From: Enoplolaimus lenunculus
Lineage: Eukaryota
Length of the DNA: 64,000 bases
NCBI GenBank assembly: GCA_030248215.1
Contig: JASANG010000443.1
Coordinates: 310,001 to 374,000 of the forward strand
Reading direction: 5' to 3'
Shown: positions 62,701 through 64,000 of the stretch, piece by piece
How the letters are laid out: each line of letters starts with the position of its first letter
Numbering within the stretch: position 1 is the first letter of the stretch
The notes under the pieces: generated by a model
Told to the model about the DNA's origin: nothing
Databases searched by the model: none
The model's input: the letters and a program-made list of their open reading frames with translations, nothing else
Program-made: the position numbers and the translations under genes

Positions 62701-63029
62701 ATTAGCGGATATTCGTGTGCTTGATGTCGCCCAACAGTGCCATTGAACCATGTAAATTAATCTAAGCATAATCCCTAAGCGTAATCCTAAACTTAAAAGC
62801 ATAATGATTGGCGAAAAGGGGCGGATCCAGAAATTTCTGACAGAGGCCGGGCTTGAAACTGTTATGAAACGCAATTTTCGCTGTGTGCTATCCATTGGCA
62901 ACGAAAAATTGTCACGTAGCAACTGTATCATTTTATTACAAAAAAGTTCTGAGGGAAAAAATTGTTTTTACAAACGAAATTTTTGGGGCGGATCGTACGC
63001 CCCCAATGAACCCTTGTGGATCCGCTAAT

Positions 63030-63216
63030 TAATGGCGGATCCACGGGGGGCCCACCCCGGCCGTGGCCCCCCAACAACATCTCGACAAAAATTACATTGG
63101 GACTCAAAATGGGGACCCCCCTTTTATTTCGGTCACTACAGTATGGGTCAAAAATAAGTTTATTACCTGTGAAATTTTGCCCGCACCCCCATTTTGAGAT
63201 CCTGGATCCGCCACTG
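63030..63216. mobile_element. hAT-like MITE inserted into the end of another GGCGGATCC MITE
   Basis: Exact 8-bp TSD CCGCTAAT; carries an internal fragment of the Tc1/mariner-like MITE end. Confidence 0.75.
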
Positions 63217-64000
63217 CCGCTAATGGCCTCCGGAACTATCCACACAGCTGGCAAATTTCCACAAAACAATCTGCTCAAAAAGAAAATCCGTATACTAATT
63301 CAACTAAACCCAATACAACCCATTCAGGTCCGTAGCCAGCTCACCTAGCTAGGGTGGCTAAGTCATTTTCACAATGGGCATTTAAGGGTTTTTAATGACT
63401 TCCAAGCCAAGTTGAAAATTTTCTAGGTTAGCCAAAATTTTTCCAGGCGGGGGCTGCGCCCTTCTCCCCTGGCCCCCTTGGCTACGGGCACGCAATGATT
63501 GTATTAAAAATACCATAGAATTTTTACATTTTTCAACCTATACAACAAATGCATTTGATTGTGAAAATATTTGCCCTTAGAGTCAAAATTTACAATAAGC
63601 TTTTCAATATAAATTTCCACTGTTGGACTGGGGGTGGCGTTTGCAAAGAAATGGGGCAAAGCGGTCATGGGTGTGGCTCATAATAGGTTTTCAGACATCT
63701 TTTATAGTTATCGGGGCCATACAGAATCATGGACGGTACCTAAAAAACAATGCCCCTGCGGCACAACATAGCCAGGATCCGAACACAGCAAAGTAACTTT
63801 GTTACATTATCGTAGGCAAAATGTCGCGTGGCTCGATATGATAAAAACGGTATCGTACGCCCAGGTAATTGCTTAAGGTACTTAAATTTTGAAGTTTGGT
63901 GTATTTTGCTGGCCTCGGCTCCGGTACTCGGGTCCCGGCCTCGGATAAAATCCTGGCCTCTGATGTTGTGATTCGGATTTAAATATATATTCCTCTCATT

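Overview
AT-rich, repeat-dense eukaryotic (animal) genomic DNA with GT-AG spliceosomal introns. Abundant TTAGGC repeats and several TTTTCAG acceptors suggest a nematode (inference only). Genes I could reconstruct by hand: (i) a 12-exon purple acid phosphatase (ACP7/PAPL-like, 464 aa, minus strand); (ii) a 2-exon FAM43-like PTB/PID-domain gene (734 aa, minus); (iii) a 2-exon, 85-aa probable neuropeptide precursor (plus), only partly seen by the ORF track; (iv) an intronless 380-aa two-TM orphan ORF (plus). The window also holds an apparently intact piggyBac transposon (11929-14131, TTAA TSD, 568-aa DDD transposase), many MITEs (Merlin-like with TTAGGC tracts, CACTA/CMC-like, hAT-like, Tc1/mariner-like, piggyBac-like) and several satellites. 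Top finding: a sense-oriented sequence with all the elements of a P1-type twister self-cleaving ribozyme (12020-12083, minus) lies in the 3' UTR of the piggyBac transposase. Its predicted cut site is 45 nt after the stop codon, and the element has no canonical poly(A) signal downstream of the ORF.
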